The notes: generated by a model not told the origin, from the letters alone. DNA of 64,000 bases from Acholeplasmataceae bacterium (GCA_963667565.1 OY763415.1:1664001-1728000), one strand, 5' to 3'. Shown: positions 1-10,828, counted from the stretch's first letter. Translations and numbers: made by a program.

Positions 1-2
1 TG

Positions 3-1730
3 TTAGTAGAACACCGAGATGTTAATCAAATTAAAGAAGTACTTGAAAAATTTGGATTAGGTGCGTATTTAGAACAAGAAGTATCAAAACTATCGGGTGG
101 AGAGAGACAAAGAGTCACAATAGCCAGAGCGATATTAAGAGATACACCGATATTAATCGCAGATGAACCAACAGGTAATCTCGATCAAAAAAACAGTGAA
201 GAGGTTATTAAAATACTTGAAGAAGTATCAAAGACAAAGCTCGTTATTATGGTGACGCATAATGAATCTTTACTAGATCAACATGTAGATTATATATATC
301 GAATCGACAATCACAAACTCATCTTAGAACAAGATCAACATAAGATATATAAACAAGAAGTAGACGTTAAGCAACATATGGATATAAAAGATAAATTAGA
401 TAAAAATACTCTTGTTAAAACGATTGTTCATAATTATGCTAATACAAGATTAAAGTATTTAATTTCAATTTTAATTATTTCAATATTTATGATGGTAACC
501 ATATTAAGTTTTGGTATTCTTTTAAGTGATAATAATAAAATGTATTATGAGTATATAGTAAAAAACGAGGAAAAATATATTTTAGTGGATGAAGATAGAA
601 GATATGTTTCACCCGAAAGTATTTTACAATTAGAGTCAGATGAACTTCGAACTTATATAGAATCATCTATTGATGTAGATATAAATATACAAAATTATCT
701 ATTAATACATATTGAAAAACTCTCATTAGATAATTCCTTGACTTTAAATGGTAATGAAATATCAATTAGTGAAAAGATTGCTAATGAATTTTTAATATAT
801 TATTCAGAGCAATTTAAGGATATAGATGAACTTATCGGACAATCAATAAATATAGAGAATCATAACTATTTAATTAAAACAATTGTCTCAGGCGATTCAT
901 CAATGCTTATATTAACAAGAGAAGGCATTGTTCAATTAATGGATGAGACTATTTCAGTAAGATTAAGTAATGATTCATCATATTTGGGAAGTTTTAGTAT
1001 TTTGTTAGATGATGAACTTACCATGAATGAAGTGGCATTAAACTCTCGGTATATGCAAGAATTAAGTTCATCAACACTTAAAACAGTTAATATTTATCCT
1101 TATGCGGATTTAGAAATTCAAGTGACGTTTATTGAAGACGCTACATTAGATATACAAACGTTAAAAGTCAGCAAAGATATTTTTGATACATTAATGATTA
1201 ATCAGATGGGATTTCAAATCTCTATAAATCAAGAGGGATTTACAGAAAAAAACATGACTATTTTAACGAACTCTGGCCAATTTGTTGATTCATCATTTTT
1301 GACAAATTTTGTTTTAGTTCACACCATTAAAGACAACTACACACCACTTATAGTTATGCTTGGGTTACTAATTGCTTTCATGTTTAAAATGCTGCTAGAT
1401 ATTTATTTAAATCATTTATTTATTTCAAACAGTAGAGAGTATTATATTTTAAAATCAATTGGTAAAGAGAAATATATATTTATCATACAATTTATTAATC
1501 AAATACTATTATTGATACCGACATTATTGATAAGTTTTCTCGTAGCATTTATTTTGAAGAATAAGATTAATAATATAACAGAAAAGTATATTTATCCTGG
1601 ATTTAATATAAGTTTATTCGATGGCATTATCATTATAGTATTTATTCTAGTTGTTACTATACTCATCAATTACGTATATGAATTCAAAAAAATAAAAACA
1701 TATAAGATTACAGGTCTATTTAATGGTTAA
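3..1730 (+). CDS. ABC transporter ATP-binding/permease fusion (MacB/FtsX-like), 5'-truncated by window edge
   Basis: Frame 3 is open from base 3 and reads LSGGERQRVTIARA...ILIADEPTGNLD...IMVTH (ABC signature, Walker B, H-loop). It continues into ORF 249..1730, which has one N-terminal and three C-terminal TM segments. Confidence 0.8.
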   Translation, partial: LVEHRDVNQIKEVLEKFGLGAYLEQEVSKLSGGERQRVTIARAILRDTPILIADEPTGNLDQKNSEEVIKILEEVSKTKLVIMVTHNESLLDQHVDYIYRIDNHKLILEQDQHKIYKQEVDVKQHMDIKDKLDKNTLVKTIVHNYANTRLKYLISILIISIFMMVTILSFGILLSDNNKMYYEYIVKNEEKYILVDEDRRYVSPESILQLESDELRTYIESSIDVDINIQNYLLIHIEKLSLDNSLTLNGNEISISEKIANEFLIYYSEQFKDIDELIGQSINIENHNYLIKTIVSGDSSMLILTREGIVQLMDETISVRLSNDSSYLGSFSILLDDELTMNEVALNSRYMQELSSSTLKTVNIYPYADLEIQVTFIEDATLDIQTLKVSKDIFDTLMINQMGFQISINQEGFTEKNMTILTNSGQFVDSSFLTNFVLVHTIKDNYTPLIVMLGLLIAFMFKMLLDIYLNHLFISNSREYYILKSIGKEKYIFIIQFINQILLLIPTLLISFLVAFILKNKINNITEKYIYPGFNISLFDGIIIIVFILVVTILINYVYEFKKIKTYKITGLFNG

Positions 1731-1922
1731 ATCATATAACGAAGTAATTTAATTTTTAAATTAACCGTTTCAATTGTGTTGCTTTTAAGTATGATTTTAT
1801 TTTAGGTATCTTTTATTGTCATTGGAGAATTTGCTTTTATGGCTATAACAGATGCGATGCTTTATGGTATCCAATATTTTTTTAATGTAAGAAAACGTAA
1901 AAAGCATCAAGAAATAAAATGA
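1723..1922 (+). pseudogene. Probable degraded small membrane-protein gene (one frameshift plus internal TAG)
   Basis: ATG 1723 gives MVKSY; after a frameshift the reading is RSNLIFKLTVSIVLLLSMILF*VSFIVIGEFAFMAITDAMLYGIQYFFNVRKRKKHQEIK*, i.e. two hydrophobic segments and a basic tail. TAG is at 1803. Confidence 0.4.
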
Positions 1923-1936
1923 ATCTATTTTCGAAC

Positions 1937-1962
1937 AAAAAAGGGAGAAATCTCCCTTTTTT
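1937..1962. terminator. Bidirectional intrinsic terminator
   Basis: AAAAAAGGGAGA-AA-TCTCCCTTTTTT between convergent genes. Confidence 0.8.
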
Positions 1963-3130
1963 AATTAAATATAAGTGTAAATAAAATGAATAAGTAGTTT
2001 GCTACAACACCACTGACTAATCCACCAATCGTATGTGATAAAATAGCTTTTCCTGTGAGCTCTCTAGCGCCTACACTATCCATCATACTAACATGTGTTG
2101 ATAGATAACCACTCCAGGTTGTACCTATGGCTGTAAAGACTGCGATATCCTTAATGGTGATATATCCATTTAAGATGAAATCAGGAACAATCCCTATAGC
2201 TGCACCAGCACTTCCCAAACTAATGAGTGGAAAAGCAATCGCTTCAGGATTTTGAAAACCAAATAAAGGTTTAAATATAAACATTAAGTAATGTCCAACT
2301 TTAGGCAAATATCCAATACCTTCTAAAGCAGCACCGGTATATCCACCATCTGGCATGGTATTAGTTAACATTAAAATAAAGGTTGAAATCACTAAAATGC
2401 CTGGAATGATTTGCATACCGATTTCAACACCATTTTTACCACCATCAAGTGCACTTTCTAAAAAGCGATTGATGACAGTACCTTTTCTGGTTTCTCGGTA
2501 GAACTCTTCACCTTCAAGGGATTTGATAGGATTTTCTTTTTTATCGATCCCATGATATTTCTTAGAAAAATAAGTTAAAAGACTGACTGATACGATACTA
2601 CCAACAACAGCTGATAGAATGCCAATAAACGCAGCACTTGTAAAATTACCAAAGTTTGCAACACTATCACCTAATTTGGCAGGTAATGTCATGAAGAATA
2701 CTGCGATAATTAATCCCATTCCAAAGCTTGTGCTTAAGTTAATTAATACTGGGATTTGATAAGCTTTAAATCGTTTCTTAAATTCTTTTTCTCTAATTAA
2801 ACTAATCACTGCTGGATTGTCAGAAAGATATGCACTTAACACACCAATGCCTGCGACACCTGGCAACCGGTAAATAAATCTAACTAGAGGATATAAAATG
2901 ATATTAAAAAAAGATAAGACACCAAATTCTGAAAAAATACCTGCAATTGCACCAGTTAAAACTGCTAATGCCATAATGTAGAATGCGACATTGATTAATA
3001 AATAAAAAGCAGTATTAATGAGCGTACTCATGAAATAAGCAACACCCATTTCATAAGAGAATAAAACAAATACACCTAAGAACAAAACTAAAATCACATA
3101 TGTCTCTAATGTGATAGGATTCTTTTTCAT
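1961..3130 (-). CDS. Polytopic membrane protein, nucleoside-recognition/gate (SpmA/SpmB-like, CD0519-type) family
   Basis: About 10 TM segments; motifs SDNPAVI, ALDGGKNGV, WSGYLSTH. Start moved to MKKNP after an RBS-like GGATGGTG. Confidence 0.6.
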   Translation of the reverse strand: MKKNPITLETYVILVLFLGVFVLFSYEMGVAYFMSTLINTAFYLLINVAFYIMALAVLTGAIAGIFSEFGVLSFFNIILYPLVRFIYRLPGVAGIGVLSAYLSDNPAVISLIREKEFKKRFKAYQIPVLINLSTSFGMGLIIAVFFMTLPAKLGDSVANFGNFTSAAFIGILSAVVGSIVSVSLLTYFSKKYHGIDKKENPIKSLEGEEFYRETRKGTVINRFLESALDGGKNGVEIGMQIIPGILVISTFILMLTNTMPDGGYTGAALEGIGYLPKVGHYLMFIFKPLFGFQNPEAIAFPLISLGSAGAAIGIVPDFILNGYITIKDIAVFTAIGTTWSGYLSTHVSMMDSVGARELTGKAILSHTIGGLVSGVVANYLFILFTLIFN

Positions 3131-3340
3131 ATATTCACCATCCAAAATATATTATATAACATAAATTCAAGAGTTCATTCTTCGAATTTTTTAATAAAAT
3201 TGGAATGTATTCAAGTCAAATAATTTAGATAACATTTTTGTATAAATTAATTACAATTATGATTATTTGTACTTGCGAAAATGCTATAATAATATTAACA
3301 ACTATCAAGGACTAACCATTTAATATTTGGGAGGATATCA

Positions 3341-5512
3341 ATGAAAGTCATCAAAAATATAAGTTCAATATTTTTCTTAATGATCATTTTATTTACAATC
3401 GTTGGGTGTGAACAAACACCAGAGTTAACAATTAATTTTAATTCTAATGGTGGATCATTAATTTCTTCAATAACATTTGATGGAAACTCAATCATTACGT
3501 TGCCTAATGATCCAACAAAAGAAGGATATAAGTTTGAAGGCTGGTACTTAGATGACGTATCTTTTGAGAATGCTTTGACTAATCACACATTTTTAGATTC
3601 ACCAATCACTAGTGATATCATAGTTTATGCTAAATGGGCAATCATAGAAGTCATTCCAATATCATATGAAGTTAGATTTATCACTAATGGAGGTACTTAT
3701 GTTTCTCCAATACAAGCGATAGATAACACGCTAATTTCATATCCACAGTCTAGTAGAACAGGATATACACTTGAAGGCTGGTATACGAGTAATGACAATG
3801 GCGCAACGTTAGATTTAAAATGGAATTTTTATGCAGATCGCGTAGGCACTGACATGACTCTTTATGCTAAATGGACAATAAACAGTTATACCATAAGTTT
3901 TAATTCTAATCTAGGATCATCTGTGTCTCAAATCTATCAAGAATATCATACAAATGTTACTCAACCATCTGATCCTACAAGAGAAGGATATACATTTGTT
4001 GGTTGGTATAAAGATATTGAGTACACCCAACTTTTTGTTTTTGATCTTATGCCAGCAGAGAATATGATGCTTTATGCAAAATGGGAACCCAATCTTTATG
4101 AAGTAACGTACCATATGACATATGAAGGATATTTATATCAAATTCAAATGAGCGAAGATGAATACATTATTAAAACAGAATTGGGAAGTAATTTTGGTGT
4201 TATATTAACAAATCAAGGTCGCGTAATGACATGGGGAGAAAATTCAAGTGGTGTATTAGGCATAGGAACAACCTCAGATAGATATGTCACAGATATCACT
4301 TCACGCTTTCCATTAAATGAATCAGATTATATGATAGACATATCTATTGGATATAGTCATGTACTTGCTTTAAGCAATGAAGGACGAATCTTCTCATGGG
4401 GCTCTAATAGTTATGGTGCATTAGGTGATGGCACAACCATCTCTTCAAAAATTCCAATTGAAATTACAAGTCAGTTCAGTTTAAATATAGATACCAAAAT
4501 CACATATATTGAAGCATCCTTAGCATTTAATGCTGCACTCACATCAGATCATCATCTATGGGTATGGGGTAGAAATGAATCAGGACAATTAGGTATCAAT
4601 TCAACTGTATCTCAATCATCACCCATAGATATAACAAATAATATTCAATTAAATAACGAAGAATATATCAGTAGTGTTTCACTAGGTTGGTATCATTTTG
4701 GACTTGTTACTTCAGAGTCACGCGTGTGGATGTGGGGTTCTAATAGTTCTGGACAGCTTGGAAATGGAAATAAAACAAATGCGTTATCACCCATTGAGAC
4801 GACATCTTATTTTTCATTATCAGAAAATGACCATATCACAAATTTATATTTAGGTAATGGAGTTTCATCAGCAATATCATTAAATCATGAAGTTTTTACA
4901 TGGGGGTCAACTTTTAATTTTATGTTAGGTTTGAGTTATGAAGAGTATGGTATGGCATATAGCATATTAATTCCTTATAACGTAACTGACCATTTACCGT
5001 TTGAAGATCAAGAGGTTGCAACCAGTATTTCTATGGGTTATGGGCACACCTTGATTTTATCTAATCAAGGACATTTATATGGCATGGGTGCTAATACTTG
5101 GGGAGAACTTGGAAGCCCTGTGAATTCAGTGACTTATTTACCCAAGGATATCAGCAAAATATTCGATTTAGATGATATTAATATTGTAATGTATCAAGCA
5201 TATTTCTACAGTTCTGTTATGGTTAGTGATCAAGGATTAATCTATATTTTAGGATACTATTATGATCACCAAGGGACTGGATATGACTATGTTCGAGCAA
5301 TGACAACAACTACACCTATCATATTTAATAAACTAACAGTAACATCAACACTATCTGTATACTATGATACAAATATTGATTTAACATCGATGATTGAAGA
5401 TGAAACAATATTTATAGGATGGTTCTTAAATGATACGTATACCACCCAAAATCCATATTTAATCATGCCAAATCAAAACATTGATTTATATACCTATTAT
5501 CCAAAAATTTAA
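3341..5512 (+). CDS. Surface lipoprotein with InlB B-repeats (Listeria-Bacteroides repeats) and RCC1-like beta-propeller
   Basis: Lipobox IVGC; three FNSNGGS...PTKEGY.F.GWY...LYAKW repeats; repeated WG.N..GQLG.G RCC1 units; RBS GGGAGG. Confidence 0.85.
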   Translation: MKVIKNISSIFFLMIILFTIVGCEQTPELTINFNSNGGSLISSITFDGNSIITLPNDPTKEGYKFEGWYLDDVSFENALTNHTFLDSPITSDIIVYAKWAIIEVIPISYEVRFITNGGTYVSPIQAIDNTLISYPQSSRTGYTLEGWYTSNDNGATLDLKWNFYADRVGTDMTLYAKWTINSYTISFNSNLGSSVSQIYQEYHTNVTQPSDPTREGYTFVGWYKDIEYTQLFVFDLMPAENMMLYAKWEPNLYEVTYHMTYEGYLYQIQMSEDEYIIKTELGSNFGVILTNQGRVMTWGENSSGVLGIGTTSDRYVTDITSRFPLNESDYMIDISIGYSHVLALSNEGRIFSWGSNSYGALGDGTTISSKIPIEITSQFSLNIDTKITYIEASLAFNAALTSDHHLWVWGRNESGQLGINSTVSQSSPIDITNNIQLNNEEYISSVSLGWYHFGLVTSESRVWMWGSNSSGQLGNGNKTNALSPIETTSYFSLSENDHITNLYLGNGVSSAISLNHEVFTWGSTFNFMLGLSYEEYGMAYSILIPYNVTDHLPFEDQEVATSISMGYGHTLILSNQGHLYGMGANTWGELGSPVNSVTYLPKDISKIFDLDDINIVMYQAYFYSSVMVSDQGLIYILGYYYDHQGTGYDYVRAMTTTTPIIFNKLTVTSTLSVYYDTNIDLTSMIEDETIFIGWFLNDTYTTQNPYLIMPNQNIDLYTYYPKI

Positions 5513-5532
5513 GATTTCTTATAGGAGCAAAC

Positions 5533-6243
5533 ATGAATAAACTATTAAAAAGATTTGATGAAATTATTGAATACAATAAGCATAAGGATGAAGTATTAGC
5601 TTTTATTGGTATGGGTTCAATGTCAAGTACGAATAGAATAGATGATTATTCAGACATTGATTTTTTTATCATTGTGAAAAACGCATATAAACAAACATAT
5701 CTAAAACATATGGATTGGTTAAACGTTAAAGAAATTTCTTGGTGGTACCAAGAGACTAAAGATGGCATCAAAGCTATGTATGAAGATGGTATTTATTTAG
5801 AGTTTGCTGTTTTTACTGAAGATGAAATTAAAGACATTGATTTTTATGAAGGTACGATTTATTATCAGTCAAAAGATATTGATAAAAAAAGCATTCAACC
5901 AAAACAAATAAAACATCAAACCGTTGATATCACATATGAAATTAATACATTGTTGTCTAATCTTTATGTAGGATTATTAAGACAAAAAAGAGGAGAGAAA
6001 GCCGCCGCTTTCTTGATGATTCAAGTATATGCAACAAATCATTTGTTAAAGGTTCTTGACGAGCATCCTGATGATATGTATGTTGTAGAAAGAAGAATAG
6101 AACAACGATTAGATTTAAATTATGAAATATTATATGGTGGTATCTCAAATAATATCGAATCAGCTAAGTATCAGTTAGAACTCATTAAACATAAATTTGA
6201 TTTAAACGCATCATTTTTAAAAGAGATAGAACAGCTTTTATAG
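5533..6243 (+). CDS. Pol-beta-family nucleotidyltransferase (aminoglycoside/lincosamide nucleotidyltransferase-like)
   Basis: GS...DDYSDIDF motif at the N-terminus followed by a helical C-terminal domain. Confidence 0.6.
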   Translation: MNKLLKRFDEIIEYNKHKDEVLAFIGMGSMSSTNRIDDYSDIDFFIIVKNAYKQTYLKHMDWLNVKEISWWYQETKDGIKAMYEDGIYLEFAVFTEDEIKDIDFYEGTIYYQSKDIDKKSIQPKQIKHQTVDITYEINTLLSNLYVGLLRQKRGEKAAAFLMIQVYATNHLLKVLDEHPDDMYVVERRIEQRLDLNYEILYGGISNNIESAKYQLELIKHKFDLNASFLKEIEQLL

Positions 6244-6343
6244 AGTTATCACATATGATTTTTATGAATCATGGTTTATTTTATGAAATAGTATTTATAT
6301 AAAGTCTTTTCTATGATGCATAGACTTTTTTAACCAAAAATAA

Positions 6344-6390
6344 TTGATTTTCTCCACATAATAGCATATAATACAATTAAGTGGAGGAAA
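6344..6390 (+). promoter_or_regulatory. Sigma-70-type promoter with inverted repeat, probable AbiEi autoregulatory operator
   Basis: TTGATT (6344)-17 bp-TATAAT (6367). Inverted repeat TTTCTCCAC (6349) / GTGGAGGAAA (6381), the latter overlapping the RBS. Confidence 0.6.
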
Positions 6391-6395
6391 TATAT

Positions 6396-6992
6396 ATGAT
6401 TTTGACAATTGCAGATCTTAAAATTAAATATCATCATTTTAGCGATATCCAAGGTAAAATCCATAGGGAAATCAAGGATGGTAAATATATTCAATTGATA
6501 AGAGGATTATATGAGACAAATAAAGAGACACCCGGATATTATTTAGCATCATACATTTATGGACCATCATATCTTTCTTTTGACTATGCATTATATTATT
6601 ACGGGCTCATCCCAGAAAAAGTAACCACCTACACCAGTGCTACATTTAATAAAAGAAAAACAAAATCATATCATAATGACTTCGGACATTATGTATATCA
6701 AGATGTCCCTAAAAAAGCTTATCCATATGAACTTAAGACGATTGAAGAGTATGGATATGTATATCATATTGCTACTAAAGAAAAAGCACTATGTGATAAG
6801 TTATATACAGTTAAACCTGTACATAGTATGAAGCAATTCATACATTTATTGTTTGAGGATCTTCGCATTGATCAAGATGTTTTTAATACATTAGATAAAG
6901 AAAAGATCAAGATGCTTTGTCATAAATATCAGTCAACTAACTTAAAATTTTTATATAAATTGATTGAGGAGGGAACACATGCAAATCATTGA
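6396..6992 (+). CDS. abiEi: Type IV TA antitoxin, AbiEi family
   Basis: RGLY, PSYLSFDYALYYYGLIPE and IATKEKALCD motifs; overlaps the downstream AbiEii gene. Confidence 0.85.
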   Translation: MILTIADLKIKYHHFSDIQGKIHREIKDGKYIQLIRGLYETNKETPGYYLASYIYGPSYLSFDYALYYYGLIPEKVTTYTSATFNKRKTKSYHNDFGHYVYQDVPKKAYPYELKTIEEYGYVYHIATKEKALCDKLYTVKPVHSMKQFIHLLFEDLRIDQDVFNTLDKEKIKMLCHKYQSTNLKFLYKLIEEGTHANH

Positions 6993-7842
6993 TCAAATGT
7001 TAAAAAAATATGAGTTAAAATCAATTGAAGATAAAAAGAATGCAATCAAAGAAGTGATGCAAGAAATTGTTTTAAGTGGACTCTCTAGGTCTCATTTTTT
7101 TAATGAAGCTGCATTCTATGGCGGAACAGCATTAAGGATTTTTCATGGTTTAAATCGATTCTCTGAAGATTTAGATTTTTCTTTGCTTGTTTCAAATGAG
7201 AATTTTAGTATAAAACCGTATTTATCATATATAAAAAATGAAGTTGAATCTCTAGGTTTGAATGTTGAGATAGAGGAAAAGGAAAAGAAACAAGAAAGTC
7301 AAATTAAATCAGTCATGCTAAAAGGAAATATAGTGGAACAATTTTTAGTGTTTAATCCAGATCAAGAACACGATGATTTTTTACATGCACATGAAAAAAT
7401 CAAAGTCAAATTTGAAATAGACACCAATCCACCAAAGGATGCGACTACTGAATTAAAATATAGACTTTTGCCTTATCCTTATCAAATTAGACTCTATGAT
7501 TTACCTTCATTATTTGCAGGAAAAATTGATGCAGTATTAAGAAGAAACTGGAAACAAAGAGTTAAAGGTAGGGATTTTTATGATTATATCTATTTTCTAT
7601 CTATGGATATACCAGTAAATATTAAACATTTAAAATCAAGACTGATACAATCTAAATATATCTTAAAAGATTATGATTTGAATCAATCATCTTTGATTGA
7701 TTTATTAAATCAAAGATTTACAAAAGTTGATTTTGAAGAAGCAAAAAAAGATGTTATTCCATTTATTACTGATGTAAATCAAGTGCGTTTGTGGAGTAGT
7801 GACTTTTTCATAAGTATCACAAAAAATTTGAAGACAATATGA
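6979..7842 (+). CDS. abiEii: Type IV TA toxin, AbiEii nucleotidyltransferase
   Basis: FYGGTALR, RFSEDLDF, KFEID and KGRDFYD motifs. Confidence 0.9.
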   Translation: MQIIDQMLKKYELKSIEDKKNAIKEVMQEIVLSGLSRSHFFNEAAFYGGTALRIFHGLNRFSEDLDFSLLVSNENFSIKPYLSYIKNEVESLGLNVEIEEKEKKQESQIKSVMLKGNIVEQFLVFNPDQEHDDFLHAHEKIKVKFEIDTNPPKDATTELKYRLLPYPYQIRLYDLPSLFAGKIDAVLRRNWKQRVKGRDFYDYIYFLSMDIPVNIKHLKSRLIQSKYILKDYDLNQSSLIDLLNQRFTKVDFEEAKKDVIPFITDVNQVRLWSSDFFISITKNLKTI

Positions 7843-7863
7843 CGTATATAAAAAGGAACATCT

Positions 7864-9234
7864 ATGAATCAAACAAGTAAACAACATTTTTATCAAACAT
7901 TATTAAAGATCGCGATTCCCATCTTTTTTTCACAATTGATGGGATCTCTTTTGGGTATCATCGATACCTTTATGGTTACAAAACTAGGAGATGAAGCATT
8001 AAGTGCTGTAGGGATTGGAAGTCAATTTCTATTTTTACTAAATATTATTCAATTTGGATTATTCTCTGGGCTTGCTATTTTCATTGCTCAATATTATGGA
8101 TCAAAATCATATAAAGAGATTTCTAAAGTCTTTTGGATCATGCTCATTATGGGTTTAGTATTTGCAAGTGTATTTTTAACATTAACGCTTACGATACCTG
8201 AACAGATGATTCATTTGTTTAACTTAAGTGAAACACCAAATCAAGAAGTGATTGATTTAGGGATTGAGTATTTAAGTATTATTGGATTTGCGTTTATAAC
8301 AATGACCATATCGTTTGCGATCAGCATGCTTGCAAGAAATGTGGGTAAAGTCCTATGGCCATCTATATTTCAAATGTTTGGTGTTGCACTTAACACATTT
8401 TTAAATTATGGCTTAATTAATGGACATATGGGTTTTCCACAATTAGGAGTTAAAGGTGCAGCGATTGCGACACTGATTTCATCTGGATTTATTGCAATAG
8501 CATCTATCATTTATTTAATAGTCACAAAAGAACAAGCATTAAAAATCAAAATAAGTGCATTAAAAGATATCAGTAAAGCATTCATGAAAAAACTGATAAA
8601 AACATCATTGCCTGTTTTATTAAATGAAGGTTTCTGGGGATTAGGGATGACCGTTTATTTGGTTGCATATGGTTTGATTGGTGATAAAGCTGTAGGTAGT
8701 GTTTATTTATCTAATCAAATTAATAATATCTTTTGGGTAGCAACGATTGCGATAGCAAACGCTGCAGCTGTCATGCTTGGTAATAAACTAGGAGAAAACA
8801 GATTAGATATTGCTAAACAATGGGAGAGAAAATTTAGACAACTAGGGTTTATTTTAGGGATTGTCCTTGGAACTATATTGTTTACATTAGCACCAGTGAT
8901 TGTTCCACTTTTTGGTAATCTTACGGATGAAGTCACACATATGGTTATTTATATTTTAAGAGTATATGCAGTCTATGCACCGATTAAGTTTTTAAACGCA
9001 ATTATGATTGTAGGTACACTACGATCTGGTGGAGATACTAAATTTGCTTTATTTGCAGAAGTGTTTGGCTTATGGGGCATTGGTGTTCCATTAGCATTTA
9101 TCTTATCTTATTTTACGCATCTAGAATTATATGTGATTATTATCTTTGTTAACTTTGAAGAAATCACTAAATTTACATTAGCTTACCGAAGAGCAAAAAC
9201 GGGAAAATGGATGAATAATTTAACACATAATTAA
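7864..9234 (+). CDS. MATE family efflux transporter
   Basis: 456 aa, about 12 TM; IDTFMV..LG..ALSAVG, LGVKGAAIATLIS and LRSGGDTK motifs. Confidence 0.92.
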   Translation: MNQTSKQHFYQTLLKIAIPIFFSQLMGSLLGIIDTFMVTKLGDEALSAVGIGSQFLFLLNIIQFGLFSGLAIFIAQYYGSKSYKEISKVFWIMLIMGLVFASVFLTLTLTIPEQMIHLFNLSETPNQEVIDLGIEYLSIIGFAFITMTISFAISMLARNVGKVLWPSIFQMFGVALNTFLNYGLINGHMGFPQLGVKGAAIATLISSGFIAIASIIYLIVTKEQALKIKISALKDISKAFMKKLIKTSLPVLLNEGFWGLGMTVYLVAYGLIGDKAVGSVYLSNQINNIFWVATIAIANAAAVMLGNKLGENRLDIAKQWERKFRQLGFILGIVLGTILFTLAPVIVPLFGNLTDEVTHMVIYILRVYAVYAPIKFLNAIMIVGTLRSGGDTKFALFAEVFGLWGIGVPLAFILSYFTHLELYVIIIFVNFEEITKFTLAYRRAKTGKWMNNLTHN

Positions 9235-9260
9235 TCAAACGCAATTGTTGCATGCTATTA

Positions 9261-9293
9261 AAATAAAAAATGCAATAATTGCGTATTTTATTT
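9261..9293. promoter_or_regulatory. Imperfect inverted repeat upstream of the HTH-MNT/HEPN operon (operator and/or terminator)
   Basis: AAATAAAAAATGCAAT-A-ATTGCGTATTTTATTT, with further GCAAT half-sites at ~9241 and ~9304. Confidence 0.45.
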
Positions 9294-9338
9294 ACAAAAA
9301 AGTGCAATTATAGTATGATAGATATGGAAGGTGATTCT

Positions 9339-9809
9339 ATGTCAATTAAAAAAATAAGAAAATCATTGAATTTAACACAAAAAGAAGCATCAAAAATAGT
9401 AAAAGTCCCACTTAGAACTTATTTAAATTACGAAAATGATGAATCTAAAGTAGGAAATATAAAATATGAATATATACTTAATGAATTAAGTAAATTAAAT
9501 TTTATAGATGAAACACATGGATTATTAACCATGGATAACATAAAATTACTTTGTGAACCAATCTTGAATAAATATGAAGTTCAATATGCATATTTATTTG
9601 GATCTTATGCAAAAAATCTTGCTAACGAAGCAAGTGATGTTGATTTATTAGTCTCTACAAAAACAACTGGTATTGCATTTTATGGACTCATAGAGGAATT
9701 AAGAGAAGCACTAAATAAAAAAGTTGATTTGATTTCTCTACAATCTCTTGAACATAATGTTGATTTGGTCAATGAGATTTTAAAGGATGGTATTAAGATT
9801 TATGGATAA
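9339..9809 (+). CDS. XRE-HTH fused to minimal nucleotidyltransferase (MNT antitoxin)
   Basis: N-terminal IRKSLNLTQKEAS...RTYLNYE HTH; C-terminal LFGSYAK...SDVDLLV MNT motif; RBS GGAAGGTG. Confidence 0.85.
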   Translation: MSIKKIRKSLNLTQKEASKIVKVPLRTYLNYENDESKVGNIKYEYILNELSKLNFIDETHGLLTMDNIKLLCEPILNKYEVQYAYLFGSYAKNLANEASDVDLLVSTKTTGIAFYGLIEELREALNKKVDLISLQSLEHNVDLVNEILKDGIKIYG

Positions 9810-10140
9810 TCAAAAAGACGATCTTTATTATATACAGAAAGTACTAGATGATCTAACGTTTTTAATCAGCCATACAAAAGGTATATCAAAAGAATCGTTT
9901 TCGAATAACGAAATTTTGCAAGATTCAGTTATGTTTAGATTTATCCAAATTTCCGAACATATTAAAAAACTGACAACAGAGTTCAAGATTGAGCACAAAA
10001 ACATTCCATGGCATAGTATTTTAGGGTTAAGAAATAGAATTGTTCACGAATATGGAAACGTGGATATAACGATCGTATATCAGACGATTCAAAATGGTAT
10101 CTATGAATTATATGATTTGTTTATTTCTTTAACTCAATAA
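9802..10140 (+). CDS. HEPN/DUF86 (HepT-like) RNase toxin
   Basis: IPW...LRNRIVHEY (RxxxxH) motif; overlaps the MNT gene. Confidence 0.88.
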   Translation: MDNQKDDLYYIQKVLDDLTFLISHTKGISKESFSNNEILQDSVMFRFIQISEHIKKLTTEFKIEHKNIPWHSILGLRNRIVHEYGNVDITIVYQTIQNGIYELYDLFISLTQ

Positions 10141-10201
10141 ATTTTCAATATATAAGATGATTATTTTAGAATCTTTAGGCAATGTCTAAAAGGAGAAACC
10201 A

Positions 10202-10720
10202 ATGAACTATAGTCAAACAGTGATTGAAGGAGAACGCATCATATTAAAACTCGTCTCAATCGATTATGCCAAAGATATATTTAAAGCGTTTAATCAAGAT
10301 GTTACTCTATATATGCTTCCTAAACAAGCATCAGATATCAGAGAAACACTTGAGTTTATCACTACCTCAGAACTAAAAGCATTAGAAGGTACTGACTTTA
10401 CATTTATGATATTAGATAAGCGTTCAAATGAATTTCTTGGTTGTGGAGGTGTACATCACCTAGATAGACATGCACCAGAGTTAGGCATTTGGATTAAAAA
10501 AGATGCACATGGACATCATTATGGATTAGAAGCTGTAAAAACAGCATATAATCACTTTAAAGATCAATATGAGCAATTCATCTATCCTGTGGATAGAAGA
10601 AATATCGCCAGCAAAAAAATCGCACTAAACTTAGGTGGAACACTAGATCAAAAATACACTCAAAAAAACGCGAGTGGAAAGCTTCTCTATTTAGAAAAAT
10701 ATGTAATAAAGACAAATTAA
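10202..10720 (+). CDS. GNAT N-acetyltransferase (RimJ/RimL type)
   Basis: FLGCGG, ELGIWIKKDAHGHHYG and NIASKKIA motifs. Confidence 0.85.
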   Translation: MNYSQTVIEGERIILKLVSIDYAKDIFKAFNQDVTLYMLPKQASDIRETLEFITTSELKALEGTDFTFMILDKRSNEFLGCGGVHHLDRHAPELGIWIKKDAHGHHYGLEAVKTAYNHFKDQYEQFIYPVDRRNIASKKIALNLGGTLDQKYTQKNASGKLLYLEKYVIKTN

Positions 10721-10726
10721 GTATCC

Positions 10727-10761
10727 AAAACAGCACTTTTACTCTACAAAAGTGCTGTTTT
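10727..10761 (+). terminator. Intrinsic terminator
   Basis: AAAACAGCACTTTT-ACTCTAC-AAAAGTGCTGTTTT. Confidence 0.8.
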
Positions 10762-10828
10762 CAATCTATGCAGTATTAATGTCTCATCTTTTAAAGTATA
10801 ATGAAGAAAATTATAAGGAGGTACATAT

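Noticed and set aside
3430..4085. Repeated DNA motifs (e.g. TATGCTAAATGG) in the lipoprotein gene as a DGR or other DNA repeat system
   Set aside because: They are the coding consequence of tandem InlB B-repeat domains; no reverse transcriptase or adenine-specific variation seen.
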